A DNA stretch of 64,000 nt, taken from the NCBI GenBank assembly GCA_040768745.1, contig JAXGMI010000002.1:256001-320000 (forward strand), in the 5' to 3' direction. The stretch comes from Desulfomicrobium sp. (GTDB lineage: Bacteria; Desulfobacterota; Desulfovibrionia; Desulfovibrionales; Desulfomicrobiaceae). The translations under genes and the position numbers were made by a program. The notes beneath the pieces were generated by a model. It saw only the letters and a program-made list of their open reading frames with translations, searched no databases and was not told the origin of the DNA. Below, one piece after another: positions 29,201 through 39,172 of the stretch; the stretch's first letter is position 1, and each line of letters begins with the position of its first letter.

Positions 29201-30400
29201 TCAGGATGGCGAACTGGCCGGGATCCGCAACCTGAGAATGGTCATCAGCATGAGGAAAAAAAGGGCTGCGCCAAAAAGGGCAAAGGACAGGGCGAAGCCG
29301 AAGAATTCCCCGCACCACGCCAAGCCGGCCGGGATGAGACCCGCGCCAAAGAGGGAGGTGCACATGATGGTCAGGGATACGGACAGGTCGTTGGTGGCTT
29401 TGGGGCAGACCAGGGACAGGACGGCAAAACCGACAGGAAAAAAGCAGACCACAAAGAGCGGCTGCAGGGTGAGCATGGCAATGGTCCACCATAGGGGGCC
29501 GTATCCGCACAAGACCGTGGACAGACTTGCGCCCAGCAGGCAAAGGGCCATGGTGCCGCGGTATCCCATGCGGCGGATGATCCATCCTGTGGCAGGGAGA
29601 ACAAACACAGGCATGATCCGCGTGGCACCCAGAATGAAGCTGGCCTCTTCCCTGCTGAGCCCCTTTTCCCTGACCAGCAGGGCGGGCAGCAGGTTGTAGA
29701 TGCCCGTTGATACGGATACTGCCAGGACAAAGAGCAGGACCGTGATCCAAAACGCAGGCAGGGAGACGATGACGCGGATGTTGCCCAGTACAGGGGCCAT
29801 CCCTGTCCGGCGGGTGGCCGGGCCGCGGAGGGTGTACAAGAGGGCGAGGCCCAGGCAGGAGATGCCGAGCGTGAGGAAAAGGCTTGGATAGCCCGAGGTG
29901 TTCATGAAGGCCTCGGCGATGAAAGGGGCCACGACGAAGGACAGGTTCGGGGCCATTTCGTGCACGGCAAAGGCCTGTCCCCAGTACGCCGGGGGGGTGA
30001 TCTCGGTGATGGTCACCACGCCGGAGGGCATGTACAGTCCGGCTGCTGCGCCCATGAGAAATGTCCACAGGCAGAAACCCCAGAATGTCGTGCTTGCGGA
30101 CAGCCCGAGCAGAGCAATGCCGATGACGGCTGTGGAAAAGACGATGGTTTTCTTGTGGCCGAGGCGGCAGGACAGGAAGCCCGCGCAGAGCACGGACATG
30201 CTGTATCCTGCAGTGAGGCAGACAAGAAGGTTGGCGCTGTGGGCCAGGGACTGGCCGAGATGCTCACTGATGGGTATCAGCAAGGGGCCGAACAGGGTCC
30301 GAACCAGGAAGTTGGCGAAAAAGACCGTGGTCAGCAGGCTCAGCGCCGGGAGAACCGAGGCGAAATGCGGGGCGTTCTTGTTCTGGGACTGAGTGTTCAT
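29201..30400 (-). CDS. MFS transporter
   Basis: About 12 hydrophobic segments and an MFS motif-A-like GFLSCRLGHKK. Confidence 0.9.
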   Translation of the reverse strand: MNTQSQNKNAPHFASVLPALSLLTTVFFANFLVRTLFGPLLIPISEHLGQSLAHSANLLVCLTAGYSMSVLCAGFLSCRLGHKKTIVFSTAVIGIALLGLSASTTFWGFCLWTFLMGAAAGLYMPSGVVTITEITPPAYWGQAFAVHEMAPNLSFVVAPFIAEAFMNTSGYPSLFLTLGISCLGLALLYTLRGPATRRTGMAPVLGNIRVIVSLPAFWITVLLFVLAVSVSTGIYNLLPALLVREKGLSREEASFILGATRIMPVFVLPATGWIIRRMGYRGTMALCLLGASLSTVLCGYGPLWWTIAMLTLQPLFVVCFFPVGFAVLSLVCPKATNDLSVSLTIMCTSLFGAGLIPAGLAWCGEFFGFALSFALFGAALFFLMLMTILRLRIPASSPS

Positions 30401-30503
30401 TGCTTAACAACTCAAGGAAAAATTTGTATCTGGCCCGTTCATGTGAAGGGCTTATCCGATACGTGCATGAGACCATGAAATCAACACCAACAAAGGAGGA
30501 CCT

Positions 30504-31139
30504 GTGCCGCGATTGATTTTTGGGCTGCTCATTGCCCTGACCAGCGTCTGGAGCGCACACGCAGCTGATCTGACCGACCAGATCCAGAAGCGATACGATA
30601 CATTGCAGTCTTTCCGGGCCTTTTTTCTGCAGACCCTGACCAACGCCTCCAGCCGAGAGACCCAGGAGCGTCTGGGAACCATTGTTTTTGTCCGTCCGCG
30701 TTTCATCCGGTGGGAGACGACCAGCCCGGAGCAGGAACTGCTGATCATCGGCAAGGACACGGTCTGGGACTATTTTCCCGAGGAGGAAACCGTGTATCGG
30801 TACAGCGTGGAGCAGGCTCTGAGCTCCAAGACCATGATCCGCTTTTTGTCTGGCGAGGCCAACCTGAAGGAAGACTTCACGGTCAAGGATCTGGGGGCTG
30901 ACGGGGATTTCCGGCATCTGAAGCTCATTCCCAAGGAGCCGGAACCCAATCTGGTGGAGGGGGAAATCTGGGTCCGGCCCGGTCAGGGCATTCTGGAAAA
31001 GATCAAGCTGATCGATTTTTTCGGCAACATCAATCAGCTGGAATTGAGCGGCCTGGAGCTGGACGTGGCCGTGGACCACAAGGAATTCACCCTCGTTCCG
31101 CCCAAAGGCGTTGAGATTCTGGAAGGCCCGGCAGAATAG
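30504..31139 (+). CDS. lolA: Outer-membrane lipoprotein carrier protein
   Basis: Signal peptide, F.Q, RPRFIRWE, P.QELLI, D.FGN. RBS GGAGG before a GTG start. Confidence 0.88.
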   Translation: MPRLIFGLLIALTSVWSAHAADLTDQIQKRYDTLQSFRAFFLQTLTNASSRETQERLGTIVFVRPRFIRWETTSPEQELLIIGKDTVWDYFPEEETVYRYSVEQALSSKTMIRFLSGEANLKEDFTVKDLGADGDFRHLKLIPKEPEPNLVEGEIWVRPGQGILEKIKLIDFFGNINQLELSGLELDVAVDHKEFTLVPPKGVEILEGPAE

Positions 31140-31159
31140 AGGGCTTCTTCCTCAGCAGC

Positions 31160-31194
31160 AAAGGCCCCGGTGTGCAGACATCGGGGCCTTTTTT
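31160..31194 (+). terminator. Intrinsic terminator after lolA
   Basis: AAAGGCCCCGGTGT-GCAG-ACATCGGGGCCTTTTTT. Confidence 0.88.
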
Positions 31195-31421
31195 GTCGTG
31201 GCGCGCGGGCAGGAACGTCCATCGCCAGGTCAAATGGAACAGAAGAAGACCTCGTTTCATCTATTTGGCAAAATGGCGAAGATGATCTAGATAGATAAAC
31301 GGGTCTCAAACACAGACCAATACCTGATTTTGCCGAGGCTCGCGGCCATGGCCACGACCGCCCGTGCCACGGAGCACGACAACCTCAACATTGTTTCAAT
31401 TATCAACCACGAGGGAATATT

Positions 31422-32130
31422 ATGAAGAAATCAGCACTGCTTTTCGTCGTCTTCGTGCTTGTCACCAGCGGATGCGCCACCATGCAGCAGCAGTCCAAGA
31501 CGACCCAGGGCGCCACCTATGGGGCCGCTGGGGGCGCGGTTGCCGGCGCCGTTGTGGGGCAGATCATCGGCAAGGACACCAAGGGAACCCTTATTGGCGC
31601 GGCCGCGGGTGCGGCCATCGGCGGTCTGGCCGGGGCCGGAATCGGCCGCATGATGGACAACCAGGAAGCGGAGATGCGCCAAGCCCTGGCCCAGTCCGAC
31701 GAGGTGGCCGTCCGGCGCGAGGGCGATCTTCTGGCCCTGACCCTCAAGGGGACGTGACCTTTGCCGTGAATTCCGACGTGGTCCTGTCCGGCCTCTACAA
31801 CGAGCTGGACCGCATCGCCCAGATCCTGGTCAAATATCCCCAGACCAGCATCGTGGTGGAGGGCCACACGGACAGTAATTTCGATCATATTTTCAATGAA
31901 CAAAGGTTGTTAGCTGCTAATGGCTAACCCCGAAAGTCGAGATCCTAATTTTAAACAAATAAGCTCGATATTGCTGTCAAACTTGGGCGGCCCGCATCAC
32001 AGCCATCGGCTACGGCGAATCACGCCCAGTGGCCAGCAACGATACCCCGGAAGGCCGTCAGATGAATCGCCGCGTGGAAATCCGCGTCAACCCGAACGCA
32101 CAGCAGCCCCAGACTGCGCCGGCGCAATAA
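31422..32130 (+). pseudogene. OmpA-family (YiaD-like) lipoprotein, disrupted
   Basis: Lipobox (TSGC) and glycine zipper in one frame, DVTF...VEGHTDS in a second, [30 protein letters not shown] in a third. There is a 1-nt loss at 31748-31751 and an AT-rich block at 31877-31986. Confidence 0.88.
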
Positions 32131-32150
32131 GGCCCTTTGCTTTTGAAAGC

Positions 32151-32182
32151 AAAAAAGGCAGGGTCCAGTGACTCTGCCTTTG
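32151..32182. terminator. Probable intrinsic terminator, strongest on the minus strand
   Basis: AAAAAAGGCAGGGTC-CAGT-GACTCTGCCTTT. Confidence 0.7.
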
Positions 32183-32412
32183 TCGTCTGATGATGGGAGT
32201 GGTTACTGGCGTTTTGTTCGAGCAACGCCCAATAAACCCAACAGCCCCGCTGCAACAAGCACCATGGTTCCGGGTTCGGGAACAACCTGCCCATTTCCGT
32301 TTCCGTTATCATCCGCCTTTATCAACAGGGCTGACTCATATCCATAATAGTTAGTCGGTCCTGAAAAACTGTTAAAACGCCGCGTCAGGCACAGGCCTGC
32401 ACCGGCTGAACA

Positions 32413-32580
32413 TTGCTGTGCCCAGAATCGCTTGGGAGCCGCCTACGTCTCCCCGGTTCCAGTCGGCCTAGGGCCTCCCTCCACCGGGGAGACGGCCGAC
32501 ATACCCTTGTCGTTTTGTTTGCTCATGAATCACCTCATGGGGGGGCCTCTCTACTCCCAATTCGGTGTCCAAGAAAACCC
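32413..32580 (-). mobile_element. Probable IS3-family left-end remnant
   Basis: The minus strand reads GGTTTTCTTGGACACC (IR-like), then RBS GAGGTG, then ATG 32526 MSKQNDKGMSAVSPVEGGPRPTGTGET*AAPKRFWAQ. This resembles IS3 orfA N-termini (recalled, not searched). Confidence 0.55.
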
Positions 32581-33989
32581 TATCCCAGAGGAATGGTCAC
32601 GAAAATGCGGATGGCTGAGGCCTCCTTCCCAATACGCAAATGGCCTCCGATGCGTTGCAGCATGCGAAAGCAGGTGGCCAGATTGTGCTCTCCGTCTTCA
32701 AAAGGCATGAGCAGATGCGCCTGCGGAGGGAGGGCCAACATCACGGGATCGAGGGTCAAGGTCACAAAGATCAAATTCTTCGACTGGGCCGTATCAATCC
32801 GCAGATTCCCGCCATGCTGAAGAATGTCCGCCGCGTGCCCCAAAAGATAAATGAAAATGCGGTTGATGAATTCCTGGCCTGTACTCACGGCCGGCAGGTT
32901 TTCATCGATCCGCGCCAGAATCGTGATGTTTTTGCGTTCAAAACGATTGGCAAAGAGGCGCATCAAGAAGGCAAGGGATGACGCAATGGCGCAGCCGGTT
33001 GGTTGGGCTTCCATCGGTGCCAGGTAGGCGTTGATACGTTGCACCAGCCTTTCCAGTCGATTGCACTCGTTGAGAATGACTTCGGTTTCCACCTCTTCTG
33101 GATACTTGGCTTGCAGCTTTCGGGCGAATCCCCCAAGGGATACCATGGGATTACGGATTTCATGGGCAACTTCCTCGGTCAAGGACCGCAGAATGCTCAA
33201 TCTTTCATTTTGTATCAATATGTCATCAAGATAGGTTTGATGGGTGACGTCAATGATCATCCCTTCCAAACGGTTTGGATGCTCTGTTCCGTGTAACGGA
33301 GGGGCAATGGACTGGGCCTGAAGGAAAACCAGATACCCATTTTTGTGTCTGAACCGAAATTCCAGTCGGATTCGTCCTGCACCCTGCTCCAGTCCTCTGC
33401 GCATGGCGTCAAGAAGAGGTTTGCGGTCCTCGGGGACGACAAGCTTCAAAAAAGCCTGTGGTGATCCAAGAATTTCTGCGGGTGAATACCCCAGGATCTC
33501 TTCGGTAGCTTGGTTCAGGAATTCGAATTCAAGATCCCGGTTGATGATGAAAATGATGAGCGGCAGGTTTTGGATCAGCCGAGCAAGGTGCTCCTGGGAT
33601 TCCCTGACCCGCGCTTGCAGTCCGGACTGCGACAGACAGTTGCGCAGGGTGTTGATGAAAACCTCCATGCTGGCAATGGGCTTGGTCACATAGTCCCAGG
33701 CACCTGCTCTGAACGCCTCGATGGCCCAGTGGATCTGGGTTCGACGGGAAACGATGATTGCCGGTACCCATGGTCGAGTTCTCTTCATCTTTCGCAGGAC
33801 ATCCATCCCGTTGGCGCCTCCTATCCCCAAGTCGAGCAGGACCAGGTCCGGATTCATGCCAAGAAAAATATTCATGGCCTGCTCTGCATTTTGCGCCTCC
33901 AGCACGACAAATCCAGCCGCATGAAGACTCGCGACCAGAGAGGTCCTGAACTCATGGTTGTCTTCGACGGTCAGGATGGTCTGGGACAT
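32580..33989 (-). CDS. REC-PAS-HisKA hybrid protein with a degenerate ATPase domain
   Basis: Receiver (VEDN, LLDL, TKP), PAS, H-box AHEIRNP. N, G1 and G2 boxes are not recognisable. Confidence 0.85.
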   Translation of the reverse strand: MSQTILTVEDNHEFRTSLVASLHAAGFVVLEAQNAEQAMNIFLGMNPDLVLLDLGIGGANGMDVLRKMKRTRPWVPAIIVSRRTQIHWAIEAFRAGAWDYVTKPIASMEVFINTLRNCLSQSGLQARVRESQEHLARLIQNLPLIIFIINRDLEFEFLNQATEEILGYSPAEILGSPQAFLKLVVPEDRKPLLDAMRRGLEQGAGRIRLEFRFRHKNGYLVFLQAQSIAPPLHGTEHPNRLEGMIIDVTHQTYLDDILIQNERLSILRSLTEEVAHEIRNPMVSLGGFARKLQAKYPEEVETEVILNECNRLERLVQRINAYLAPMEAQPTGCAIASSLAFLMRLFANRFERKNITILARIDENLPAVSTGQEFINRIFIYLLGHAADILQHGGNLRIDTAQSKNLIFVTLTLDPVMLALPPQAHLLMPFEDGEHNLATCFRMLQRIGGHLRIGKEASAIRIFVTIPLG

Positions 33990-35329
33990 GCAATCTCCGT
34001 CATGACTGTGTCCGAGGTCGGGCAGGGTAGAATGATGTAGAAAATATTCATGAAGCGGGCGAAATCGTATCCGACTTTTCCTTTATGCAACTCAACGATC
34101 TGTTTGATAAAGTACAAACCGTGGCCAGAGCCTTCAGCTGTCCCGGGGGCATGGGAGCGGAAATCTGGTTCGAAGAGATGGTTGGCGTCCTGAGCCGGAA
34201 TGGGAACTCCGGTGGTGGAGATGAAGAGTTTTATTCCTGGTCTTCCAAGGCCAAAGGCATTGGCCACGGATTTCCATCCGTAATGAAGCGTTTTGGAGGA
34301 CGTGCCCCAAGGAGTTGGAACGGCTTTGGTGTATTTGACGGCATTTGAAAGGAGATTGGCAAAGGCCTGTGAGATGAGCCCCAGGTCAGCCTCAAGAACG
34401 ATGTCTTCGTCAACACATACCTCCGGGTCCATTTCGACTCGGATACCCTGGTCGAGCAGTAAAGGGCGAAAACGTTCGATCTGTGGCTCAAGAATCTGGC
34501 TTCTGAAATTGCATGGTCTGAGCAGCAGGGCATAGTTGCCCTTTTCAAAGTGTTCCCGGCGCAGGAGGCTTTCCAGGAAAAGACTGGCCTGCTGGAACTG
34601 CATTGAAATGATGGACAATTGGTTGCGCAGGTTGGCTATACCGAACAAAATTTCCTGGCGCGGATCCATGCCATGATCCCCGTATTTGAAGGGTGGGAGG
34701 TTTTCCACCTTGCGCTCAAGCTGGACAATCTGCTTTCCCATCTGCAGAAACAGCAGTTTGAAATGCATGTTTGGGACAATGACGTTGTGCCCGATATCCC
34801 GGATCAATGTGTTGATGAAAGTCAGACGATGCTGATTGCTGCTGGCGGCTTCTTTGGCGTCTATGATTTTGGCTATCCGACTCGCGTAGACGATGAAAAA
34901 GGCTTCCTCTTCCTGGGACAGGGATCTGTGCAGACAGAGGAGACCCAGAATTCTGTTCCCTGTCTGGGTGTGGCGGATAGGAAAGGCCCAGCAATCCCCA
35001 TAGCGCAACACGGACAAGGACGCGGAATCCGGGCTGATGGGCTCAGGAAAAAGGAAAACCTTTCGGGGGTTGGTGGTCCGGTGCAGCCAAAGATCGCCCT
35101 TTTTTCCCATCATGTACAGAGAAGAGGGAATGGAAAGGCAGATATCGGGGACAAAGACACACAGGGATTTAAAATCCTCCAGGGATTCATACTCCAGGCT
35201 CAAGTCGAAAAAAATGTTCAATGCCTGGGCATAGCTCGAGGCCAGGGTCTCTCCCTGGAGGTGTTCGAACTTTTCAATGATTCTGGCCCTGATTTCTTTG
35301 CTGGCAGGTGAGGAAGGGCACATGCGCAA
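33971..35329 (-). CDS. Atypical cytoplasmic sensor histidine kinase
   Basis: N-box NLLSNAVKY, F-box LFEP, G2 GSGHGLY, unusual H-box GHNVIVP. Confidence 0.8.
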   Translation of the reverse strand: MRMCPSSPASKEIRARIIEKFEHLQGETLASSYAQALNIFFDLSLEYESLEDFKSLCVFVPDICLSIPSSLYMMGKKGDLWLHRTTNPRKVFLFPEPISPDSASLSVLRYGDCWAFPIRHTQTGNRILGLLCLHRSLSQEEEAFFIVYASRIAKIIDAKEAASSNQHRLTFINTLIRDIGHNVIVPNMHFKLLFLQMGKQIVQLERKVENLPPFKYGDHGMDPRQEILFGIANLRNQLSIISMQFQQASLFLESLLRREHFEKGNYALLLRPCNFRSQILEPQIERFRPLLLDQGIRVEMDPEVCVDEDIVLEADLGLISQAFANLLSNAVKYTKAVPTPWGTSSKTLHYGWKSVANAFGLGRPGIKLFISTTGVPIPAQDANHLFEPDFRSHAPGTAEGSGHGLYFIKQIVELHKGKVGYDFARFMNIFYIILPCPTSDTVMTEIACPRPS

Positions 35330-35379
35330 TCCTTTGATATTTCTCTACCTCTGTGACCGCTCCAAGGGATGGAAGGCAA

Positions 35380-36948
35380 TCAGGGTTTACGGATCTTGTT
35401 GCGGCCGTCGAACTTTTTAGGGTCGAGGTTGTACTTTTTAATCTTGTAGTTGATGATCCGGTAGCTTGCCCGCAATTCCCTGGCCACCTGCAGCATGTTG
35501 CCACCACATTTTTGCAGGGCTTCGACCAGGATTTCCTGTTCGAATTTCCCCACAGCTTCGCCAAAGGACAATTGGTTGTCGGTGGCTGAACTCTCGGCAG
35601 TCTGCAAGGTCGGGGGAAGGTGATAGGTTCGTATAGCCTCTTCGTTGCAGATCAAAACCGCACGTTCCATGCAATTCCGCAGTTCTCGCACGTTGCCCAG
35701 CCACTTGTACTGGGTCAGCAGATCGATGGCAGGCATCGAGATGCGTTTGATGTTTTTGGCGTATTCCTGAGCAAAAAATTCCAAAAAATATTCTGCCAGC
35801 GGCAGTATGTCTTCCCGACGCTCACGCAACGGGGGAATGAAAATGGGGAAAACATTGATGCGATAGTAGAGATCCTCCCGAAAACGTCCCTCCTTGATCA
35901 GATTCTCAAGTGGTTGATGCGTGGCACAGATGATGCGAACGTCGACATTGATGCATTTTTCGCTGCCCAGTCTCTGGATTTCCCCTTCCTGTAGGGCGCG
36001 CAGAAGTTTGGCTTGGGCTTCGGCACTGAGTTCGCCGATCTCATCCAGGAATAGCGTTCCGGCATGGGCCAGTTCGAAGCGTCCCTTCTTGGTGGCCACA
36101 GCGCCAGTGAATGCCCCCCGTTCATGACCAAAGAGTTCACTCTCCAGCAGTTCCGAGGGCAGGGCTGCGCAATTGAGACGGATCAAGGGTTTGGTTCTGC
36201 GTGTGCTGGCATTGTGGATGGCCTCGGCCAGAAGTTCCTTGCCTGTGCCTGATTCACCGCGCAGGAGGACCGATGCCTTGCTGGACGCGACCTGCATGAT
36301 CTGTCCCACGACAAAAGCCATGGCCTTGGATGTGGCTACGATCTTGGATTGAGCCAGGGCTTTTTCCCTGTCCAGGCTCTCACCGAGAAAACCCATGGAG
36401 GCCCAAAGCTCTTTTTGGGCCATGTGTTCCTGGAGATAGGCCGTCTGACGGGCGATGACTGCGGCCAGAACCTCCAGAAAAGCGCAATGCATTTTCAACA
36501 CATCAAGGGGTTGACAGGGAATGTCTGCGTTGAGCACGCCCAAGGCTTCGTGAACACCATCTGGGTTGACCCGGCTGACCGGCACGCAGATGAAGGACAG
36601 CTCGCCCAATTCCTTCTGCGAACGTCCCATGGCCTTGTTCAGAAAACGCTCGTCGCGCTCCATGGCCTCGACAATGATGGGCTTTCCGCTGTCCAGGACC
36701 TGGCCAGTAACTCCCTGGCCCGGGGTGTAGGTGGCCTTGACTGGACCTTTGTGCCCATACGTCAGGTTGAAACGAATGGTGTTGGTTTTTGGATCAAAGA
36801 TGGCCAAAGCCATGCGTTTGTATCTCATGGCCTCTGCAGTCATGTTCAGCAGGCTGTCCAGGCTTGACTGGAGAGGGCTCAGCGGGTCAAGGTTCTGTAC
36901 TGTGGCATGCAGTGTATGCAGATAGTGCAGGAATTCATCTGTGGTCAT
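35380..36948 (-). CDS. GAF-domain sigma-54-dependent transcriptional activator (NifA/FhlA-like)
   Basis: GESGTGKE, ESELFGHERGAFTGA, FLDEI, FREDLYYR, C-terminal HTH. Confidence 0.93.
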   Translation of the reverse strand: MTTDEFLHYLHTLHATVQNLDPLSPLQSSLDSLLNMTAEAMRYKRMALAIFDPKTNTIRFNLTYGHKGPVKATYTPGQGVTGQVLDSGKPIIVEAMERDERFLNKAMGRSQKELGELSFICVPVSRVNPDGVHEALGVLNADIPCQPLDVLKMHCAFLEVLAAVIARQTAYLQEHMAQKELWASMGFLGESLDREKALAQSKIVATSKAMAFVVGQIMQVASSKASVLLRGESGTGKELLAEAIHNASTRRTKPLIRLNCAALPSELLESELFGHERGAFTGAVATKKGRFELAHAGTLFLDEIGELSAEAQAKLLRALQEGEIQRLGSEKCINVDVRIICATHQPLENLIKEGRFREDLYYRINVFPIFIPPLRERREDILPLAEYFLEFFAQEYAKNIKRISMPAIDLLTQYKWLGNVRELRNCMERAVLICNEEAIRTYHLPPTLQTAESSATDNQLSFGEAVGKFEQEILVEALQKCGGNMLQVARELRASYRIINYKIKKYNLDPKKFDGRNKIRKP

Positions 36949-37029
36949 GGAGAATGCTGTTCAGCTTTGTTCAAGTCTGGGGATGAACGCGGGCCCGTGA
37001 GCTCCATTTCTGTTGCGGATTGTGTGCAG

Positions 37030-37683
37030 TCACCCGCGGATTTTGGACCTGAGCAGGTCGATCTTGTAATCAAGGAAAGGGTCGTCCCCTTTGGCGGCAG
37101 CCTTGAGGGCCGTGTATTCAGCGATGGCCAGTTCCTCCTGGCCTGCCTTTTCTGCTGCAAAAGCGAGGGCGCTGGAGATGCCCGGATTCAACTCCTGTCC
37201 TGCTTCTGATTTGAGCTTGGTCAGCAGTTCCACTGCTTTGGCGTGTTCTCCCTTCATCATCAAGGCCTTGGCTTCACCAAGCCGGGCCATGGTTTTCAAC
37301 CCACTGGCCTGCGCCAAAGACCGCCATGTGGCTGCTGCCTTGTCGAATTCTTTGGCATCCATATAAACCTTGGCCAGTTCCAGCTGTGCCGCCGCGCGCA
37401 GGTCGGGCGAGCCAGATTGGGCAAAGGCTTCAAGCTTGGCGGTTCTGCTGGTTGTGTCAGTCATGATCATGATGCCGCCCAGCTCACTGACAGCACGAGC
37501 CCGCTGTGAATTCTGGTATGAGGTGAATCCGGTATAGACGGCAACCGACGCCACAATGAAGGCCAGAGCCAGACCGATGGGTTTGATGTTGTCCAGGATT
37601 TTTTTCAAAACTGGATGGATATCTGCATCCATTTCCTGTTCTATTGTCTTCAAGATATCCATCTGCGAAGTACGTTCTTCCAT
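37030..37683 (-). CDS. Membrane-anchored TPR protein (YfgM-like)
   Basis: Single TM near the N-terminus followed by Ala-rich TPR-like helices. Confidence 0.75.
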   Translation of the reverse strand: MEERTSQMDILKTIEQEMDADIHPVLKKILDNIKPIGLALAFIVASVAVYTGFTSYQNSQRARAVSELGGIMIMTDTTSRTAKLEAFAQSGSPDLRAAAQLELAKVYMDAKEFDKAAATWRSLAQASGLKTMARLGEAKALMMKGEHAKAVELLTKLKSEAGQELNPGISSALAFAAEKAGQEELAIAEYTALKAAAKGDDPFLDYKIDLLRSKIRG

Positions 37684-37912
37684 CCAACACTCCTTGATTC
37701 AATTGCCATTATTGTAAAAGCAACGCCTGTCTATGCCCAAATGAAGAAAAGGTCAAAGAGAAGAGCAGGCAAGAATCTACTTGAATTTCAAATTGTTTTC
37801 AGCTGTTGGCCGACTGGCGTCTGATGATTTCTTGCTTGCGGCAGCCCCTTGGTGTACACAAGCGTGAATCTTTTTCGTGATCGATTTTGCAAACTGCTGC
37901 AAGGGGTACGGC

Positions 37913-39172
37913 ATGAATCTGGAAACGTTAGTCCGGGATTTGGCCAAGGAAGCCCGAGCTTCCTCACGCAAGCTGGCTACAGCAACGGGACAGCAGCGAG
38001 ACAAAGCCCTTTTGGTACTGGCCGGTCTGATTGAAGGGGCACGGCAGCAAATCTCTGCGGCCAACGCCCTGGATCTCGATGCGGCGCGGGCCAATGGACT
38101 CGATGCAGCGCGCATCGACCGTCTGCGCATCACTGACGCGGGCATTGAATCCATGGTCCAGGCCTGCCGGCATGTTGCGGGCCTGTCCGACCCTGTAGGC
38201 GAGATTGACGGAATGATCAAACGACCCAACGGCCTTCTGGTCGGACGGATGCGCATTCCACTCGGGGTCATTGCCATCATTTACGAATCTCGTCCAAATG
38301 TGACCGTCGATGCGGCCATTCTCTGTCTCAAGGCCGGCAACAGCGTCATCCTGCGCGGGGGATCTGAAGCCTATCACTCCAATCAGGCGTTGGGTGGACT
38401 TCTGCGTCAGGCGATGGCCGAGTCCGGGCTTCCGGCCGGATGCGTGCAGATGGTCCCGACTACGGATCGGGCTGCGGTCAGGTATCTGCTCGGGCTGGAC
38501 GAGTACATCGACGTGGTCATTCCTCGCGGAGGAGAAGGTTTGATCCGGGCTGTGGTGAAGGATGCCACCATGCCGGTATTGAAGCATTATAAAGGGGTGT
38601 GCCATATCTATGTCCATGACGACGCTGACCAAGAACAGGCCCTGAGGATTATTGAAAATGCCAAGGTGCAGCGTCCTGGCGTGTGCAACGCCCTGGAATG
38701 TCTTCTTGTGAATGAACGCATTGCTGGCCAGTTCCTGCCCAAACTTGCTGCGCATCTTGCTCCCTTCAATGTGACTTTCCGGGCGTGTCAGAATTCTCTC
38801 CCCTTGCTTGGCCCTGCGGCGTCCCCGGCCCGCCCGGACGATTACGGCCATGAATTTTTATCCCTGACCATGGCCGTGAAGGTGGTCAAATCCCAGGAAG
38901 AGGCTGAGGACCATATTGCGGCGCATGGATCCGGACATTCCGAGGCCATTTTGACCCAGAATCACGCTCGAGCCATGCGTTTTCTGCGCAATGTGGACGC
39001 CTCCTGCGTTCTCATCAACGCGTCGACTCGATTCAACGACGGGGGTGAACTCGGTCTGGGTGCAGAAATAGGCATCAGCACCTCCAAGATCCACGCTTAC
39101 GGACCCATGGGAGTCAAGGAACTGACCAGCCTGAAGTTCATCGTTCTGGGCGAAGGGCAGGTACGTGCCTGA
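37913..39172 (+). CDS. proA: Glutamate-5-semialdehyde dehydrogenase
   Basis: IYESRPNVT, PRGGEGLI, GVCNALE, NASTRFNDG, EIGISTSK. Confidence 0.97.
   Translation: MNLETLVRDLAKEARASSRKLATATGQQRDKALLVLAGLIEGARQQISAANALDLDAARANGLDAARIDRLRITDAGIESMVQACRHVAGLSDPVGEIDGMIKRPNGLLVGRMRIPLGVIAIIYESRPNVTVDAAILCLKAGNSVILRGGSEAYHSNQALGGLLRQAMAESGLPAGCVQMVPTTDRAAVRYLLGLDEYIDVVIPRGGEGLIRAVVKDATMPVLKHYKGVCHIYVHDDADQEQALRIIENAKVQRPGVCNALECLLVNERIAGQFLPKLAAHLAPFNVTFRACQNSLPLLGPAASPARPDDYGHEFLSLTMAVKVVKSQEEAEDHIAAHGSGHSEAILTQNHARAMRFLRNVDASCVLINASTRFNDGGELGLGAEIGISTSKIHAYGPMGVKELTSLKFIVLGEGQVRA

Noticed and set aside
31908..31928. Integron attC site suggested by GTTAGC...GCTAAC
   Set aside because: The core and inverse core are in the wrong order and too close, and there is no integron integrase.
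32446..32500. HDV-like ribozyme for the pseudoknot
   Set aside because: Neither strand has the P3/L3 arrangement or a catalytic-C junction. An IS remnant explains it better.
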